Below, piece after piece: positions 20,589-32,095 of a stretch of DNA of 64,000 nt (the stretch's first letter is position 1; the number at the start of each line of letters is the position of its first letter). The position numbers and the translations under genes were made by a program. Origin of the DNA: an uncultured Pelagibacteraceae bacterium (lineage in GTDB: Bacteria; Pseudomonadota; Alphaproteobacteria; Pelagibacterales; Pelagibacteraceae); NCBI GenBank assembly GCA_902543295.1, contig CACBXW010000003.1, positions 134,598-198,597 on the forward strand. The letters run 5' to 3'. A model generated the notes under the pieces. The model was given only the letters and a program-made list of their open reading frames with translations. It did not search any database and was not told where the DNA came from.

Positions 20589-23336
20589 ATGAGCAAGGAA
20601 CATATAAATCTACCTAAAACAAAATTCTCAATGAAGGCAAATTTGCCAAACAAGGAGCCAAATTACATTGAATTTTGGAAGAAAATTGACCTTTACAATT
20701 TGTTAAGACAAAAAAGTAAAGGGCAAGAAAAATTTGTGCTCCATGATGGGCCTCCATATGCAAATGGAAATATTCATATGGGTACCGCTTTAAATAAAAT
20801 TTTAAAAGACATAATTACAAAATTTCATCAAATGGATGGCAAGGACTCAGTTTATGTTCCTGGATGGGATTGCCATGGTTTGCCTATCGAGTGGAAAATT
20901 GAAGAACAATATAAAAAGAATAAAAAAAATAAAAATGATGTTCCAATTATTGAATTCAGAAAAGAATGCAGGGAATTTGCAAATAAATGGATAGACGTTC
21001 ATAAGGGAGAATTTACAAGACTTGGGGTAATTGGTGATTGGGAAAATTACTATTCAACAATGTCATTTGATGCTGAAGCTCAAATAGTTAGAGAACTTGG
21101 AAAATTTCTTAAAGAAGGAAGTCTTTATAGAGGTTACAAGCCTGTTCTTTGGTCAACTGTTGAAAAAACAGCTTTAGCGGATGCAGAGGTTGAATATATG
21201 GATCATGTTTCAGATACGATTTATGCAGCTTTCAAAGTGAAAGTTTCAAATTTAGATATTATTAAAGATGCTGATGTAATAATTTGGACGACAACTCCAT
21301 GGACTATTCCCGCAAATAAAGCTTTAGCTTACAATGCTGGCCTAAAATATGTTTTGCTCGAAATAAATGATAACAAAAATTTTGTAGGTAGAAAAATAGT
21401 AATTGCAAAGGACTTACTAGAACCATTTAAAAAAGATACATCTATAGAAAATATTAGAGTTTTAAACGAATTTTTTGGAAAAGATTTAAAAGGAACAGTT
21501 TGCAGTCATCCATTTTCTAAAATGGGATATGATTATGATATTCCAATGCTCGAGGCTAATTTTGTTACTACTGAGCAAGGTACAGGCATTGTTCATTGCG
21601 CTCCAAGTCATGGACCTGATGATTTCAATCTTTGTTTAAATAATAATATTAAAGCAATTGAAACAGTTGATGGTGATGGAAAATATACAAATGAAATTAA
21701 ACTTTTTGAAGGTTTACATATTTTTAAAGCCAATAACTTAATTATTGAAAAATTAGATGAACAAAAAAATTTAGTAACAAACGGAAAACTCACCCACTCT
21801 TATCCTCATTCTTGGAGATCAAAAGCTCCATTAGTTCATAGAGCAACTCCACAATGGTTTATTTCCATGGAAAGTCATGGATTAAGGGATAAAGCTTTAA
21901 AAGCTATCGATAATACAGATTTTTATCCTTCCAAAGGAAAAGAAAGAATAAAATCAATGATTGAAACTAGACCTGATTGGTGTGTATCAAGACAGAGAGT
22001 TTGGGGTGTTCCATTACCAATCTTTATTTCAAAAAAAACAGGTGAAGTTTTAGTTGATGATGAAGTTTTTGAAAATATCGCAAAAATTTACGAAAAAGAT
22101 GGTTCTGATTGTTGGTTTAATGAAGATTATCAGATCTTTCTTGGAGATAAGTATAAAGCGGAAGATTATGAAAAATTATCAGATATAGTTGAAGTTTGGT
22201 TTGATAGTGGATCCACTCATTCTTTTGTCTTAGAAAAAAGAGATGACCTTAAATGGCCTGCATCGATGTATTTAGAGGGTTCAGATCAACATAGAGGATG
22301 GTTTCACTCTTCACTACTAGAGTCATGTGGAACAAGAGGTGTTGCTCCATTTGAAAGCATTCTTTCTCATGGTTTTGTCGTAGATGGAAAAGGTCTAAAA
22401 ATGTCAAAATCAACAGGTAACGTAATTGCTCCACAAGATATACTTAAAAAATACGGAGCTGATATATTAAGAATTTGGGTTGCATCTTCAAATTATGCTG
22501 AAGATCTTAGAATAGATTACTCAATTTTAGATCAGCATGCTGAGTCTTATAGAAAAATTAGAAATACGTTTAGATATCTTTTAGGGAATATTCAAGATCA
22601 ATATGAAAATCTCGATTTTGAAAAGGTTAAATTTGAAAATTTCGACTCTCTAGAAAAATTTATGCTTCACAGAATTTATATAATAAATGAGAATTTTAAA
22701 AATAATTTTAAAGTTTATAACTTTCACAACTTATATAAAGAATTACTAAATTTTTGTACAGTCGAGCTTTCAGCCTTTTATTTTGATATCAGGAAAGACA
22801 CTTTATATTGTGAGGATTTGAATTCCGAAAAAAGAAAGAACTGCATAACTCTTTTAAATATTATTTTACAATGTCTCCTAAAATGGTTTGCCCCAATATT
22901 ATCATTTACAACTGAAGAAATTTATCAATTGGTTAAAAAAGAAGAAGATAGACAAAGTATACATTTGCAAAATTTTGTTTCCGTTCCAAATTCTTGGAAT
23001 AATAAAGAAATAAGCTCAGATTGGGAATATGTAAAAAAAATTAGAGACGAGGCAAACATTTCTATTGAGAACATGAGAGCTGAAAAATCAATTGGCTCAA
23101 GTTTAGAGGCAATGATTGAGATAAAGTTAAATAAAGAATTTTATGATAAAGCAAAAAATATAAATTTTGCTGAAATTTGTATAACTTCATCTGCTTCTGT
23201 AATTAAAGAAGAAAATTTAAAAAATAGTATTGAAGTAGTTGCAAAAAAAGCTCGGGGAACAAAATGCCCAGTTTGTTGGAAAATTTTTGAAACGAGTTGT
23301 GAAAGGCATGGACATTTTAATTTAAATGGGCAATGA
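20589..23336 (+). CDS. ileS: Isoleucine--tRNA ligase
   Basis: HIGH-type motif ([11 protein letters not shown]), KMSKS, and a C-terminal Cys/His zinc knuckle (CPVCWK...CERHGH). Length 915 aa. Confidence 0.97.
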   Translation: MSKEHINLPKTKFSMKANLPNKEPNYIEFWKKIDLYNLLRQKSKGQEKFVLHDGPPYANGNIHMGTALNKILKDIITKFHQMDGKDSVYVPGWDCHGLPIEWKIEEQYKKNKKNKNDVPIIEFRKECREFANKWIDVHKGEFTRLGVIGDWENYYSTMSFDAEAQIVRELGKFLKEGSLYRGYKPVLWSTVEKTALADAEVEYMDHVSDTIYAAFKVKVSNLDIIKDADVIIWTTTPWTIPANKALAYNAGLKYVLLEINDNKNFVGRKIVIAKDLLEPFKKDTSIENIRVLNEFFGKDLKGTVCSHPFSKMGYDYDIPMLEANFVTTEQGTGIVHCAPSHGPDDFNLCLNNNIKAIETVDGDGKYTNEIKLFEGLHIFKANNLIIEKLDEQKNLVTNGKLTHSYPHSWRSKAPLVHRATPQWFISMESHGLRDKALKAIDNTDFYPSKGKERIKSMIETRPDWCVSRQRVWGVPLPIFISKKTGEVLVDDEVFENIAKIYEKDGSDCWFNEDYQIFLGDKYKAEDYEKLSDIVEVWFDSGSTHSFVLEKRDDLKWPASMYLEGSDQHRGWFHSSLLESCGTRGVAPFESILSHGFVVDGKGLKMSKSTGNVIAPQDILKKYGADILRIWVASSNYAEDLRIDYSILDQHAESYRKIRNTFRYLLGNIQDQYENLDFEKVKFENFDSLEKFMLHRIYIINENFKNNFKVYNFHNLYKELLNFCTVELSAFYFDIRKDTLYCEDLNSEKRKNCITLLNIILQCLLKWFAPILSFTTEEIYQLVKKEEDRQSIHLQNFVSVPNSWNNKEISSDWEYVKKIRDEANISIENMRAEKSIGSSLEAMIEIKLNKEFYDKAKNINFAEICITSSASVIKEENLKNSIEVVAKKARGTKCPVCWKIFETSCERHGHFNLNGQ

Positions 23337-23823
23337 AAAAATAAATAAACTTCTTATTGGTTTTATATTTTTAGTTGTTTGTTTTGCTTTAGATAGATTT
23401 TCAAAAATCTATATTTTAGATATTTTAAATGATGAAGGACAAGTTGATTTTTATATAAATCAATTTCTAAATATCTATTTAGTTTGGAATACAGGGATAG
23501 GATTTGGTTTATTTTCATCAGAAGATAAACTTTTCTATAATATCTTTACTGCAATTATAGTCATTATAAACTTAGTAATATTGTATTTCGCTTTCATTGA
23601 GTCAAAAATTAAATCATTTTTTTTAATGATAATATTAGGAGGCTCTTTAGGAAACTTATTTGACCGAGTTTATTACAGAGCTGTTCCAGACTTTATAGAT
23701 TTAAATTATGCAGGATATCATTGGTTTATCTTTAATGTAGCTGACATATTTATAACAATTGGTATTATATGCCTTATTTTATCTGAATTTATATTCTATA
23801 AAAAAAAAGATGAAAAAAATTAA
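23326..23823 (+). CDS. lspA: Lipoprotein signal peptidase (signal peptidase II)
   Basis: Four TM segments. Conserved N.G..FG and FNVADIFI motifs. Confidence 0.9.
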   Translation: MGNEKINKLLIGFIFLVVCFALDRFSKIYILDILNDEGQVDFYINQFLNIYLVWNTGIGFGLFSSEDKLFYNIFTAIIVIINLVILYFAFIESKIKSFFLMIILGGSLGNLFDRVYYRAVPDFIDLNYAGYHWFIFNVADIFITIGIICLILSEFIFYKKKDEKN

Positions 23824-24127
23824 ACTAAATTTAATCTTATTAATCGCTTTAGTGCCATTATTAACTTTTTGTGGTGGAGTTAGAGATGCTTTAGAAGGTA
23901 AAAAGAGATCTGATCAAAGTGATGAATTCTTGGTTAAGAAAAAAAATCCCTTACAAATGCCACCAGATATGAATAAACTTCCTAAACCAGGAGACGATAT
24001 GGAAGAGAGTAATCTAACAGATAATGAGGAAGTTAAAAATTTACTGAAGATAAAAGACGATAATAATTCTGAAGACTCTAGTAGTGGGTCAGATTTATTA
24101 AATAATATGAAAAAGAAAATCCAGTAA
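23810..24127 (+). CDS. Putative small lipoprotein
   Basis: The in-frame ATG at 23810 gives [23 protein letters not shown] (signal peptide plus lipobox-like LTFC). The 23759 start in the ORF track would lie inside lspA. Confidence 0.55.
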   Translation: MKKIKLNLILLIALVPLLTFCGGVRDALEGKKRSDQSDEFLVKKKNPLQMPPDMNKLPKPGDDMEESNLTDNEEVKNLLKIKDDNNSEDSSSGSDLLNNMKKKIQ

Positions 24128-24130
24128 TTA

Positions 24131-25303
24131 ATGGAGACAAAACATATTATTTACAAAAATTTCAATAATAAAAATAAACAATTAAATAAAAAAAAACTTA
24201 ATAATTTCATAAAGTTTAAAAATTTAATTGAAAAATATCCTTTATTAAAATCTCTAACAAATAATTATAATTATTCATTTCAGAAAAAAAATTTACTAAA
24301 TTTCAAAAAATACGATGAGTATAATTTAATAGGAATGGGTGGATCTATTTTAGGTGCACAAGCCATTTATGATTTTCTTAGTCATAAAATCAAAAAAAAA
24401 TTTTTCTTTTATAATAACCTTCAGAACATAAGAATAACAAAATCAAACAAAAAACGTTTAAATATAATTATATCAAAATCAGGTAATACCCTGGAAACAT
24501 TATCAAATTTAAACCTGATCTTATCAAAACAGAAAAGAAATAAAAATTTAATAATAACTGAAAAAAAAAATAATATTCTTAGAGCTATGGCGAATAAACT
24601 GAGATCTGATGTAATTGACCATAAAAATTACATAGGAGGAAGATATTCAGTATTATCAGAAGTTGGAATGGTCCCAGCAGAATTAATGGGATTAAATGAA
24701 AAAAAATTTAAACGATTAAATTATCTGGTAAAAAATAAAGCATTTATAAATTTTTTAATTCAAAATGTTTCCTCAATTCACTCAAATATTATTAAAGGAA
24801 AAAAAAATTGTGTCATTTTAAATTATGATGAAAAATTGAATAACTTTTTAAAATGGTATCAGCAATTATCTGCTGAAAGTTTAGGAAAAAAGGGTAATGG
24901 ATTCTTTCCTATAATTTCTACAATGCCAAAGGACAATCATAGTCTTTTACAACTATATTTAGATGGCCCAAAAAATAATTTTTTTAGTTTTTTTTTCTCT
25001 AGAGATAGAAACCAATTTAAATTTAATAATGCTTTTATAATTAATGGATTAGAACATTTAAAAAAGAAAAGTTTGGATCAAGTAATGTATGCTCAAAAAA
25101 AAGCTACACAAAATGTATTTAATAAGAAAAAATTATTATTTAGAAGTTTTGAAATTAAAAATAAAAGTGAGGAAACTTTAGGTGAACTATTTACATTTTT
25201 TATTTTAGAAACACTAATGTTAAGCTCCTTATTAAATGTAAATCCAATTAACCAACCTTCTGTTGAATTGATTAAAATAGAAACAAAAAAAATCCTAAAA
25301 TAG
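24131..25303 (+). CDS. pgi: Glucose-6-phosphate isomerase (short SIS-domain type)
   Basis: GMGGSILGAQA, ISKSGNTLET and GGRYSVLSEVGMVPA match PGI signatures. At 390 aa it is shorter than classical PGI. Confidence 0.75.
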   Translation: METKHIIYKNFNNKNKQLNKKKLNNFIKFKNLIEKYPLLKSLTNNYNYSFQKKNLLNFKKYDEYNLIGMGGSILGAQAIYDFLSHKIKKKFFFYNNLQNIRITKSNKKRLNIIISKSGNTLETLSNLNLILSKQKRNKNLIITEKKNNILRAMANKLRSDVIDHKNYIGGRYSVLSEVGMVPAELMGLNEKKFKRLNYLVKNKAFINFLIQNVSSIHSNIIKGKKNCVILNYDEKLNNFLKWYQQLSAESLGKKGNGFFPIISTMPKDNHSLLQLYLDGPKNNFFSFFFSRDRNQFKFNNAFIINGLEHLKKKSLDQVMYAQKKATQNVFNKKKLLFRSFEIKNKSEETLGELFTFFILETLMLSSLLNVNPINQPSVELIKIETKKILK

Positions 25304-25861
25304 TAATTTACCAAATATAATTTTTGATAAACCATATTTTTTTTCTCTAAGAACTTTAAAATCTTCTATAAAATTTTCTTTAAATTTCTTATTTCTATGT
25401 ATTACTATTAATGTACTTTTGTGAGCAATTTTTAAGTCTAAAATCTTCCTTAATAATTTATTTATATTTTTATCTTTAAATGGTGGATCCAAATAAATTA
25501 AATTAATTTTTTCATTATCTATATATTCTTTAGAAATTTCATATGCGTTTATTTTCTTAATGACTGACTCTTTATCAATTTCTAACTCTTTTATGTTTTT
25601 TTCTAAAACTTTTAGAGAGGGTTTGTAATTTTCAAAAAAAAAAACTTTTTTTACCCCTCTAGATAAACATTCAATGCCAAATGAACCAGAACCGGAAAAT
25701 AAATCCAAAACTACGTCATTTTTGAATTTAATTTTTTCATTCTTAGAATGCTCTAAAATATTAAATATCGACTCTCTAACCATATCCTTTAAAGGTCTTG
25801 TTGTTTTATCTGTAGGATTATGAATTAATTTCCCTCTTAGTTTTCCACCAATTACTCTCAT
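25295..25861 (-). CDS. rsmD: 16S rRNA (guanine966-N2)-methyltransferase RsmD
   Basis: LDLFSGSGSFGIE SAM motif and the DPPF catalytic motif. Length 188 aa. Confidence 0.85.
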   Translation of the reverse strand: MRVIGGKLRGKLIHNPTDKTTRPLKDMVRESIFNILEHSKNEKIKFKNDVVLDLFSGSGSFGIECLSRGVKKVFFFENYKPSLKVLEKNIKELEIDKESVIKKINAYEISKEYIDNEKINLIYLDPPFKDKNINKLLRKILDLKIAHKSTLIVIHRNKKFKENFIEDFKVLREKKYGLSKIIFGKLLF

Positions 25862-27123
25862 TTATCTATGACTTTATGACCTATATCTGATCTATAAAAA
25901 CCATCTTCCCAATTCAATTTATTAATCTGATTGATGATTTCTTTTCTGCTTGATAAATAACTATCTGAGATATTCACAAAATTTATTACCCTTCCTCCAA
26001 CTGCTACAATTTTGTTTCCAGAACTTTTTGTTCCAGCATGAAAAATAAAATTATCTTTAGTTGATTTGAATTCTTTTAAATTTTTAATTTCAACATTCTT
26101 ATTATATTTATCGGGATATCCTTTTGAGCATAAAGCAATGCACATACTTTTTTTATTTTTCCATTTTATTTCGTGGGTCTTTAATTTTGAATTACAACAA
26201 GCATTTATTATTTCCAATAAATCACCGTCAACCAAAGGTAATATAGTTTGGCATTCAGGATCACCCATCCTGACATTATATTCAATTAGGTATGGTTCAT
26301 TGCTTTTTATCATTAAGCCAGCATATAAAAAACCGACGTACTTCTCATTCATTTCACTTATAGCTTTTAAAGTTGGCTCAATTATTTTGTTTAAAATTTT
26401 ACTTTCTAAATCATTGTTAATTAAGCTTGAAGGTGAATAAGCTCCCATTCCTCCCGTGTTCTTTCCAGTATCGCCCTCACCAACTCTTTTATGGTCTTGA
26501 GCTGTATTAAAAGTTTTATAACTAATTCCATCTGAAATAATAAAAAAACTCATCTCATCACCTTCTAGAAATTCTTCAATTAACACTTGATCTGTTTTCC
26601 CAAATTTACCATCAAATATTTCAATAACAGCAGTTTTGGCCTCATCAACATTTTGACAAATATAAACACCCTTACCTGAAGCAAGAACATCCGCCTTTAC
26701 AACAATAGGAAAATTAGATGATGATAGAAATACAAATGCGTCTTCTTTTGATTTACAAATTTTAAATTTAGCAGTTGGTATATTAAATTTTTCACAAATT
26801 TGTTTTGTAAATATTTTTGACCCTTCTAACTGAGCAACTTTTTTTCTGGGACCAAAAACTTTAATATTTTTTGATTCTAGGAAATCCACTAATCCTTCGA
26901 CTAATGGTTTTTCTGGACCAACAATCACTAATTCGATTTGTTCTTTTTTAATAAATTTATACAAATCTTGAAAATTCTCCAAATTTAAATTGATATTTAC
27001 AGATATTTCTTCGGTACCAGCATTACCAGGTATAGAATATATATTTGTTATTTTTTTTGAACTACTTAAGTGATGAGCTAGAGCATGCTCTCGTCCTCCA
27101 CTTCCAATAATTGCAATTTTCAT
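25858..27123 (-). CDS. purD: Phosphoribosylamine--glycine ligase
   Basis: MKIAIIGSGGREHAL N-terminus and ATP-grasp core. Length 421 aa. Confidence 0.95.
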   Translation of the reverse strand: MKIAIIGSGGREHALAHHLSSSKKITNIYSIPGNAGTEEISVNINLNLENFQDLYKFIKKEQIELVIVGPEKPLVEGLVDFLESKNIKVFGPRKKVAQLEGSKIFTKQICEKFNIPTAKFKICKSKEDAFVFLSSSNFPIVVKADVLASGKGVYICQNVDEAKTAVIEIFDGKFGKTDQVLIEEFLEGDEMSFFIISDGISYKTFNTAQDHKRVGEGDTGKNTGGMGAYSPSSLINNDLESKILNKIIEPTLKAISEMNEKYVGFLYAGLMIKSNEPYLIEYNVRMGDPECQTILPLVDGDLLEIINACCNSKLKTHEIKWKNKKSMCIALCSKGYPDKYNKNVEIKNLKEFKSTKDNFIFHAGTKSSGNKIVAVGGRVINFVNISDSYLSSRKEIINQINKLNWEDGFYRSDIGHKVIDK

Positions 27124-27145
27124 TTAGTAAATATATATCTTAAAT

Positions 27146-27343
27146 ATGTTAAATAAGTTAGCTAAATTAAAATACTTAGCAAATAATTTTGAGATCATTG
27201 AAGATGGTGATCATGTGATTTGTGCTATCTCGCAAAAAAAAATACCTCTTGAAAACTTAAATTATTGGAACGTTGAGGAACAGGAAGCCTACTTTTCGTA
27301 TGTTGAGGCCTCAATGAAAAGAGATTTATTAGATAAAAACTGA
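27146..27343 (+). CDS. Conserved small alphaproteobacterial protein (DUF2093-like)
   Basis: 65 aa. The pattern AKLKYL...FEI...GD.V.CA.S...IPLE.L.YW.VE.QEAY resembles the DUF2093 family as I recall it. Confidence 0.45.
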   Translation: MLNKLAKLKYLANNFEIIEDGDHVICAISQKKIPLENLNYWNVEEQEAYFSYVEASMKRDLLDKN

Positions 27344-28204
27344 TTATGTTTTCCACCTATCATGTGTCCAGATCCACTGGTCTACATTTTTTAATATCAT
27401 TTTTTCAAGTATCTTATTTAGATGTTCAGTGATTTCTTTGATTGATTTATTATTCCCAATTTTAATTGGTTCTGAAACAAACATTTTAAAATAATTATTT
27501 TTTCTTCTCTCTATATAAATAGGTACTAGATCACATTTATATTTTTTAATTAATTGTGCGGGTATGGTCGTAGTACTAGCTGGTTTACCGAAAAAATTAA
27601 TTTTTATACCTTCTCTTACTCTTTGGTCTATCATTAGAGCTACTGAGTTACCTTTTTTAATATTTTCGATAATCTGTCTTGTGCCTGATCTTCCTTTTTT
27701 AATTTGATTTTTGCATATAAAATTTTCTCTAATTTCTTCCATAGTTTTGTTAAGGAATACGTTATTTAGTGGTCTATAAATAGCGCACAAATTTATACCT
27801 GCTTTTTCAATTTGAAGCGCCATTAATTCAAAATTATTGAAATGACCAGATATAAATACAGCTCGTCTTTTTTCCCTCTTAATTTTGTTTAGGTTTTCTA
27901 GCCCGTCTATTTCAATAAATTTATTTAATTTGCTATTTCTAAATGCTTTAAGAAAAGGATATTCAGCAAGTATTCTTCCATAATTTCCATATATTTTGCT
28001 GATAATTTTATTGTAATTTTTTTTGTCTACAATGCCAGATTGTTCCAAATTATTCTCAATTAATTTTTTTGATCTAAATATTGGACCAACCAAGCGTCCA
28101 ATAAAATCTCCCAAATTAGATCCATTTTTATAACCAATTATAATTAGTATAAAAAAAAACAATTTTATTAAAATAAATTCAATTAAATAAAAAAACTTCC
28201 TCAT
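27344..28204 (-). CDS. lpxL: Lipid A biosynthesis (lauroyl/myristoyl) acyltransferase, LpxL/HtrB family
   Basis: N-terminal TM segment and an HX4E/D acyltransferase motif (SGHFNNFE). It is the last gene of the msbA-waaA-lpxK string. Confidence 0.7.
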   Translation of the reverse strand: MRKFFYLIEFILIKLFFFILIIIGYKNGSNLGDFIGRLVGPIFRSKKLIENNLEQSGIVDKKNYNKIISKIYGNYGRILAEYPFLKAFRNSKLNKFIEIDGLENLNKIKREKRRAVFISGHFNNFELMALQIEKAGINLCAIYRPLNNVFLNKTMEEIRENFICKNQIKKGRSGTRQIIENIKKGNSVALMIDQRVREGIKINFFGKPASTTTIPAQLIKKYKCDLVPIYIERRKNNYFKMFVSEPIKIGNNKSIKEITEHLNKILEKMILKNVDQWIWTHDRWKT

Positions 28205-29124
28205 AATTTTTTTAATAAAAAATTTTTAAATTCTTTTTCTTTTTCAATTTTTAATCCTATTTTTAAAAATTGGATATTTTTTTTTTGTATATTTGATAAT
28301 CGATTGTAGTCTTTTTCGGTTGTTATAATTTTTAATTTATTACTCTTAGCCATATTTTTTATACTATTTATATCAGAATTTTTATATTTATAATGGTCTG
28401 GAAAAGTCATTATTTTTTTTATCTTAAAATTATATTTTTTTAATGTTTGTTGAAATTCCAAAGGATTACCTATGCCTGAAAAAACTAAAAAGTTATTTTT
28501 AAATTTAAAAGACTCAAGATTTCTAGCAGTGTATTTAGCTCTAAATATTTTTAAATTTGGATTTAATCTCTTTAGAGTTTTTTCGAAACTTTTATTATTT
28601 TTTTCACCATTAAGAAATGCAAGGTCATAATTTAAAATATTCGCAATTCTTTCCCTTAATGGCCCAGCAGGCAAAACTAGCCCATTTCCAAATACCTCTG
28701 AACTATTAAAACAAGCAATAGAAATATCATAATTTAAACTTTTATCTTGCAAACCATCATCTAATATAGCTAACTGGTATTTTTTTCTTTCAGCAATTCT
28801 CAGTGCGATATCTCTAAAACTTAAACAAATTAGTTTACCATATTTTGATAAAATATTTTGCTCATCAATTTGATCAATATATTTTTTTTTAATAAACACA
28901 GTTTTAAATTTATATTTTAACATATCATTTATTTTTAAAACTAAAGGTGTTTTTCCAGTTCCACCTAAGTAAATATTTCCAACACAGATTGTTTTTATTT
29001 TGAAATATTTTTTTGGACTTAAAGATTTAAAAAAATTAAAAATAATTGTTATCAAACTAAATGGTAAGAGTAATAATGATATGAAATTGAAACTATCCCA
29101 AAAAATGGGTCTTTTTACTTTCAT
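28201..29124 (-). CDS. lpxK: Tetraacyldisaccharide 4'-kinase
   Basis: P-loop GNIYLGGTGKTP and DDGLQ motif. Confidence 0.9.
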   Translation of the reverse strand: MKVKRPIFWDSFNFISLLLLPFSLITIIFNFFKSLSPKKYFKIKTICVGNIYLGGTGKTPLVLKINDMLKYKFKTVFIKKKYIDQIDEQNILSKYGKLICLSFRDIALRIAERKKYQLAILDDGLQDKSLNYDISIACFNSSEVFGNGLVLPAGPLRERIANILNYDLAFLNGEKNNKSFEKTLKRLNPNLKIFRAKYTARNLESFKFKNNFLVFSGIGNPLEFQQTLKKYNFKIKKIMTFPDHYKYKNSDINSIKNMAKSNKLKIITTEKDYNRLSNIQKKNIQFLKIGLKIEKEKEFKNFLLKKL

Positions 29125-30353
29125 TATAAATAATTTTTAATTTCTTTAACGTTATTTTCAAAAATTTTAGCACCTAAATAATTAATCTTATTAAGTTTAC
29201 TATTTGATATTTTGTAATTATGATTTTTTACAAATACCTTTTCCATTTGATCAATATTTTTAATCTCTGAAGATATTTTTAAACTATTTAATTCTTTATA
29301 TATTTCTTTAAAATTATTTACTTTTTTACCATGCATCACGTAATTACCCATTCTTACAGCTTCTAATGGGTTTTGTCCTCCATGGTTTACTAAAGATCCA
29401 CCAATAAATGTTACTTTTGAAAGTCTTAAAAATTTTGACATCTCTCCATATGTATTAACAATATATACGTCACAATTTTCAGAAGGTTTAAGTCCGCTTG
29501 ATCTTTCGGTAACTATCAGTTTTAATTTTCTAAGTTCTTGCTTTATATCTTCTGATCTATTTATGTGACGCGGAACCAATATTGTAATTAAATTCTTAAA
29601 CTTTTTCTTCAATTTTAAATGTAATTTTCCAATGATTTTTTCCTCATTATAATGTGTGCTAGCTGCACAGAATATTTTTTTATTTTTAAAATATTTTTGA
29701 ACATTTTTCTTCAAACTTTGTTTATCATTTTTGAAATACTTTAAATTTCCAATAAATTTAATTTTTTTAACACCCAATTTTTTTAAATAATTTCGGGTTT
29801 CTTGATTTTGAGGTAAAGCTATAGTTATTTTACTGAAAACATTCTTTGCAAAAGATGAAAATATTTGCCATCTTTTGAAACTTTTACTCGTAATTCTAGC
29901 ATTGATTAAAATAAGAGGTATTTTTTTTGAATTTATTTTTTCATACATATTCGGCCAGATTTCAGAATCTACAAATATTGCAATTTTTGGTTCCCAATAA
30001 TTTAAAAAGTTATTACATATAAATCCAATATCAAATGGATAGTAAATATGAGTTGTTTTCTTTAATGGTTTCTTTGCAATTATTGATGCAGAACTTAAAG
30101 TAGATGAAGTAAGTAAAATTTTTTTTATAGATTTGTCTTTTTCAAACTTATTTATAATAGGGAGAATGCTCATGATTTCTCCAACACTTGCACCATGAAA
30201 CCATACAGTTGTATCAGTCTTTTTTAAATTATAATAAGCGTATTTTTCTAAGATTCTTTTCCAATCTTCCTTTCCATTAATCACTCTAAAAAATAATATA
30301 AATGGTGAGATTAAAAAAAAAATAATTCCTAATATATTATACAAAAAATACAT
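29124..30353 (-). CDS. waaA: 3-deoxy-D-manno-octulosonic acid (Kdo) transferase
   Basis: WFHGASVGE motif. Length 409 aa. Lipid A operon context. Confidence 0.9.
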   Translation of the reverse strand: MYFLYNILGIIFFLISPFILFFRVINGKEDWKRILEKYAYYNLKKTDTTVWFHGASVGEIMSILPIINKFEKDKSIKKILLTSSTLSSASIIAKKPLKKTTHIYYPFDIGFICNNFLNYWEPKIAIFVDSEIWPNMYEKINSKKIPLILINARITSKSFKRWQIFSSFAKNVFSKITIALPQNQETRNYLKKLGVKKIKFIGNLKYFKNDKQSLKKNVQKYFKNKKIFCAASTHYNEEKIIGKLHLKLKKKFKNLITILVPRHINRSEDIKQELRKLKLIVTERSSGLKPSENCDVYIVNTYGEMSKFLRLSKVTFIGGSLVNHGGQNPLEAVRMGNYVMHGKKVNNFKEIYKELNSLKISSEIKNIDQMEKVFVKNHNYKISNSKLNKINYLGAKIFENNVKEIKNYL

Positions 30354-32095
30354 TAGTTATTTTTTATTTGTCTTTCGTAGAAGTTTTTATAAAGCAATGA
30401 ATTTTTGATTAGATCATCATGTTTCCCTGATGATTCTACAGAACCTTTATCAACAACATAAATTTTTTCTGAATTAAGAATAGTTGATAGTCTATGAGCA
30501 ATAACTACTGTCGTTTTATTTTTTGTTAATTCCTCAATAGCTTTTTGTATTTTTTCTTCTGTTTCAGAGTCGAGAGATGAAGTTGCTTCGTCTAGAAGAA
30601 TTATTTTGCTATCCTTTAACAAAGCTCTCGCTATCGAAAGTCTTTGCTTTTCACCACCCGATAATTTTACTCCATTTTCTCCTATAACAGTCTGAAATTT
30701 ATTTTCTAATTTTTCTATAAAATCTGTACACATTGATATTTTTGCAGCTGTAAAAATTTCTTCATCACTCGCGTCTGGCTTCGCATATTTGATATTATTA
30801 AAAATAGTATCATCAAAAAGTGTTGTATTTTGATCAACAATAGATATTTCTTTCCTTAATGATTTGAGGTTAAGGTTTTGTACTTTTTGATTATCAATTA
30901 AAATTTCCCCAGAGTCTGCATCATAAATTCTTGGTATTAAATTTAATATTGTAGATTTTCCCGATCCGCTGTGGCCTACTAAAGCTGTCATTTTTCTGCC
31001 AGCTATATCAATATTAATATCTTTAAGGACTATATTGTTAAGATTTGATTTGTAACTAAAATTAATATTTTGAAATTTTATTGATGCATTACTTATATCT
31101 AATATTTTTCCATTTTCATTTGTTGAAATTTTATTTTGTTGATCAATAATAGGTAATATTCTTTTTCCTGCCGATAGTCCTTGGCCAAAAGCAACATTAA
31201 CTGTTGCTAAAGACTTTACTGGTTGATAAGCAAGCATCATAGCAGCCAAAAAAGAGAAAAAATTGTTTATACTAAGCTGGTCATTCATAATTAATTTTCC
31301 TGAGTAAAAAATTAATATTGCAATCATTATTCCAGTTACAACTTCCATTATTGGAGTGGATCTTATAAAAACAGTTGCAATTTTTATTGATTTTTCTTTT
31401 AGATCATTGACGAATTTTTCTGATCTTTCATGTTCATAATTCTCTCTTTGAAAAATTTTTATAATTTTATGATTTTTAAAAAGATCAATTAAATATTTAT
31501 TTAAGTCGCCTGACTTTTCTTGTGCTTCTGTGGCAACTTTAATAATACGTTTTCCTAATTTTTTTGCAGTTATCGTAGCTATTGGAAGCATAATTAAAGC
31601 TATAAGAGAAAGCCTCCAATTTTGAAAGAACATCACAAATAACAAGCCAATAAGCGTTAAGCCATCCTTGAATAGGTTTAAAACTGCATTACTTAGCATC
31701 CCAGTTATTTGATTTACATCAAAGTTAAGATTTGAAATATATTTTCCTGAATGTTTATCTTCAATTTTTTCAGTATCAGCTTTTATAAAAGAAGATAACA
31801 TATCGATTTGAATATTTTTTTTCACTTCTTCTGCAGTTTTTATCATTAAAACTTTTGCTAAATATAGAGATATGCCTTTTGTAGCAAAAGCTATTATGAT
31901 TAAAAGTGGAATTATGAAAATTAAACTTTGATCTTTGTTTATAAAAATTTTTTCTATTGCAGGGTCGAGTAACCATGCTGTTGCTGATGTAGCAACAGCA
32001 ACCAAAATAGAAAACACTATAGCAAGAATTATTTTATTTAGATGTTTTGTTGTATAATCATTGTACAATCTTTTTATAATATCAATATTTTTCAT
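30353..32095 (-). CDS. msbA: Lipid A export ABC transporter (permease/ATPase) MsbA
   Basis: Six-TM domain followed by Walker A GHSGSGKST, signature LSGGEKQR and Walker B ILLDEATS. Adjacent to waaA and lpxK. Confidence 0.85.
   Translation of the reverse strand: MKNIDIIKRLYNDYTTKHLNKIILAIVFSILVAVATSATAWLLDPAIEKIFINKDQSLIFIIPLLIIIAFATKGISLYLAKVLMIKTAEEVKKNIQIDMLSSFIKADTEKIEDKHSGKYISNLNFDVNQITGMLSNAVLNLFKDGLTLIGLLFVMFFQNWRLSLIALIMLPIATITAKKLGKRIIKVATEAQEKSGDLNKYLIDLFKNHKIIKIFQRENYEHERSEKFVNDLKEKSIKIATVFIRSTPIMEVVTGIMIAILIFYSGKLIMNDQLSINNFFSFLAAMMLAYQPVKSLATVNVAFGQGLSAGKRILPIIDQQNKISTNENGKILDISNASIKFQNINFSYKSNLNNIVLKDINIDIAGRKMTALVGHSGSGKSTILNLIPRIYDADSGEILIDNQKVQNLNLKSLRKEISIVDQNTTLFDDTIFNNIKYAKPDASDEEIFTAAKISMCTDFIEKLENKFQTVIGENGVKLSGGEKQRLSIARALLKDSKIILLDEATSSLDSETEEKIQKAIEELTKNKTTVVIAHRLSTILNSEKIYVVDKGSVESSGKHDDLIKNSLLYKNFYERQIKNN

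Noticed and set aside
23759-23809. Upstream start for the small lipoprotein ORF
   Set aside because: It lies inside lspA. The in-frame ATG at 23810 yields a canonical signal peptide and Cys.
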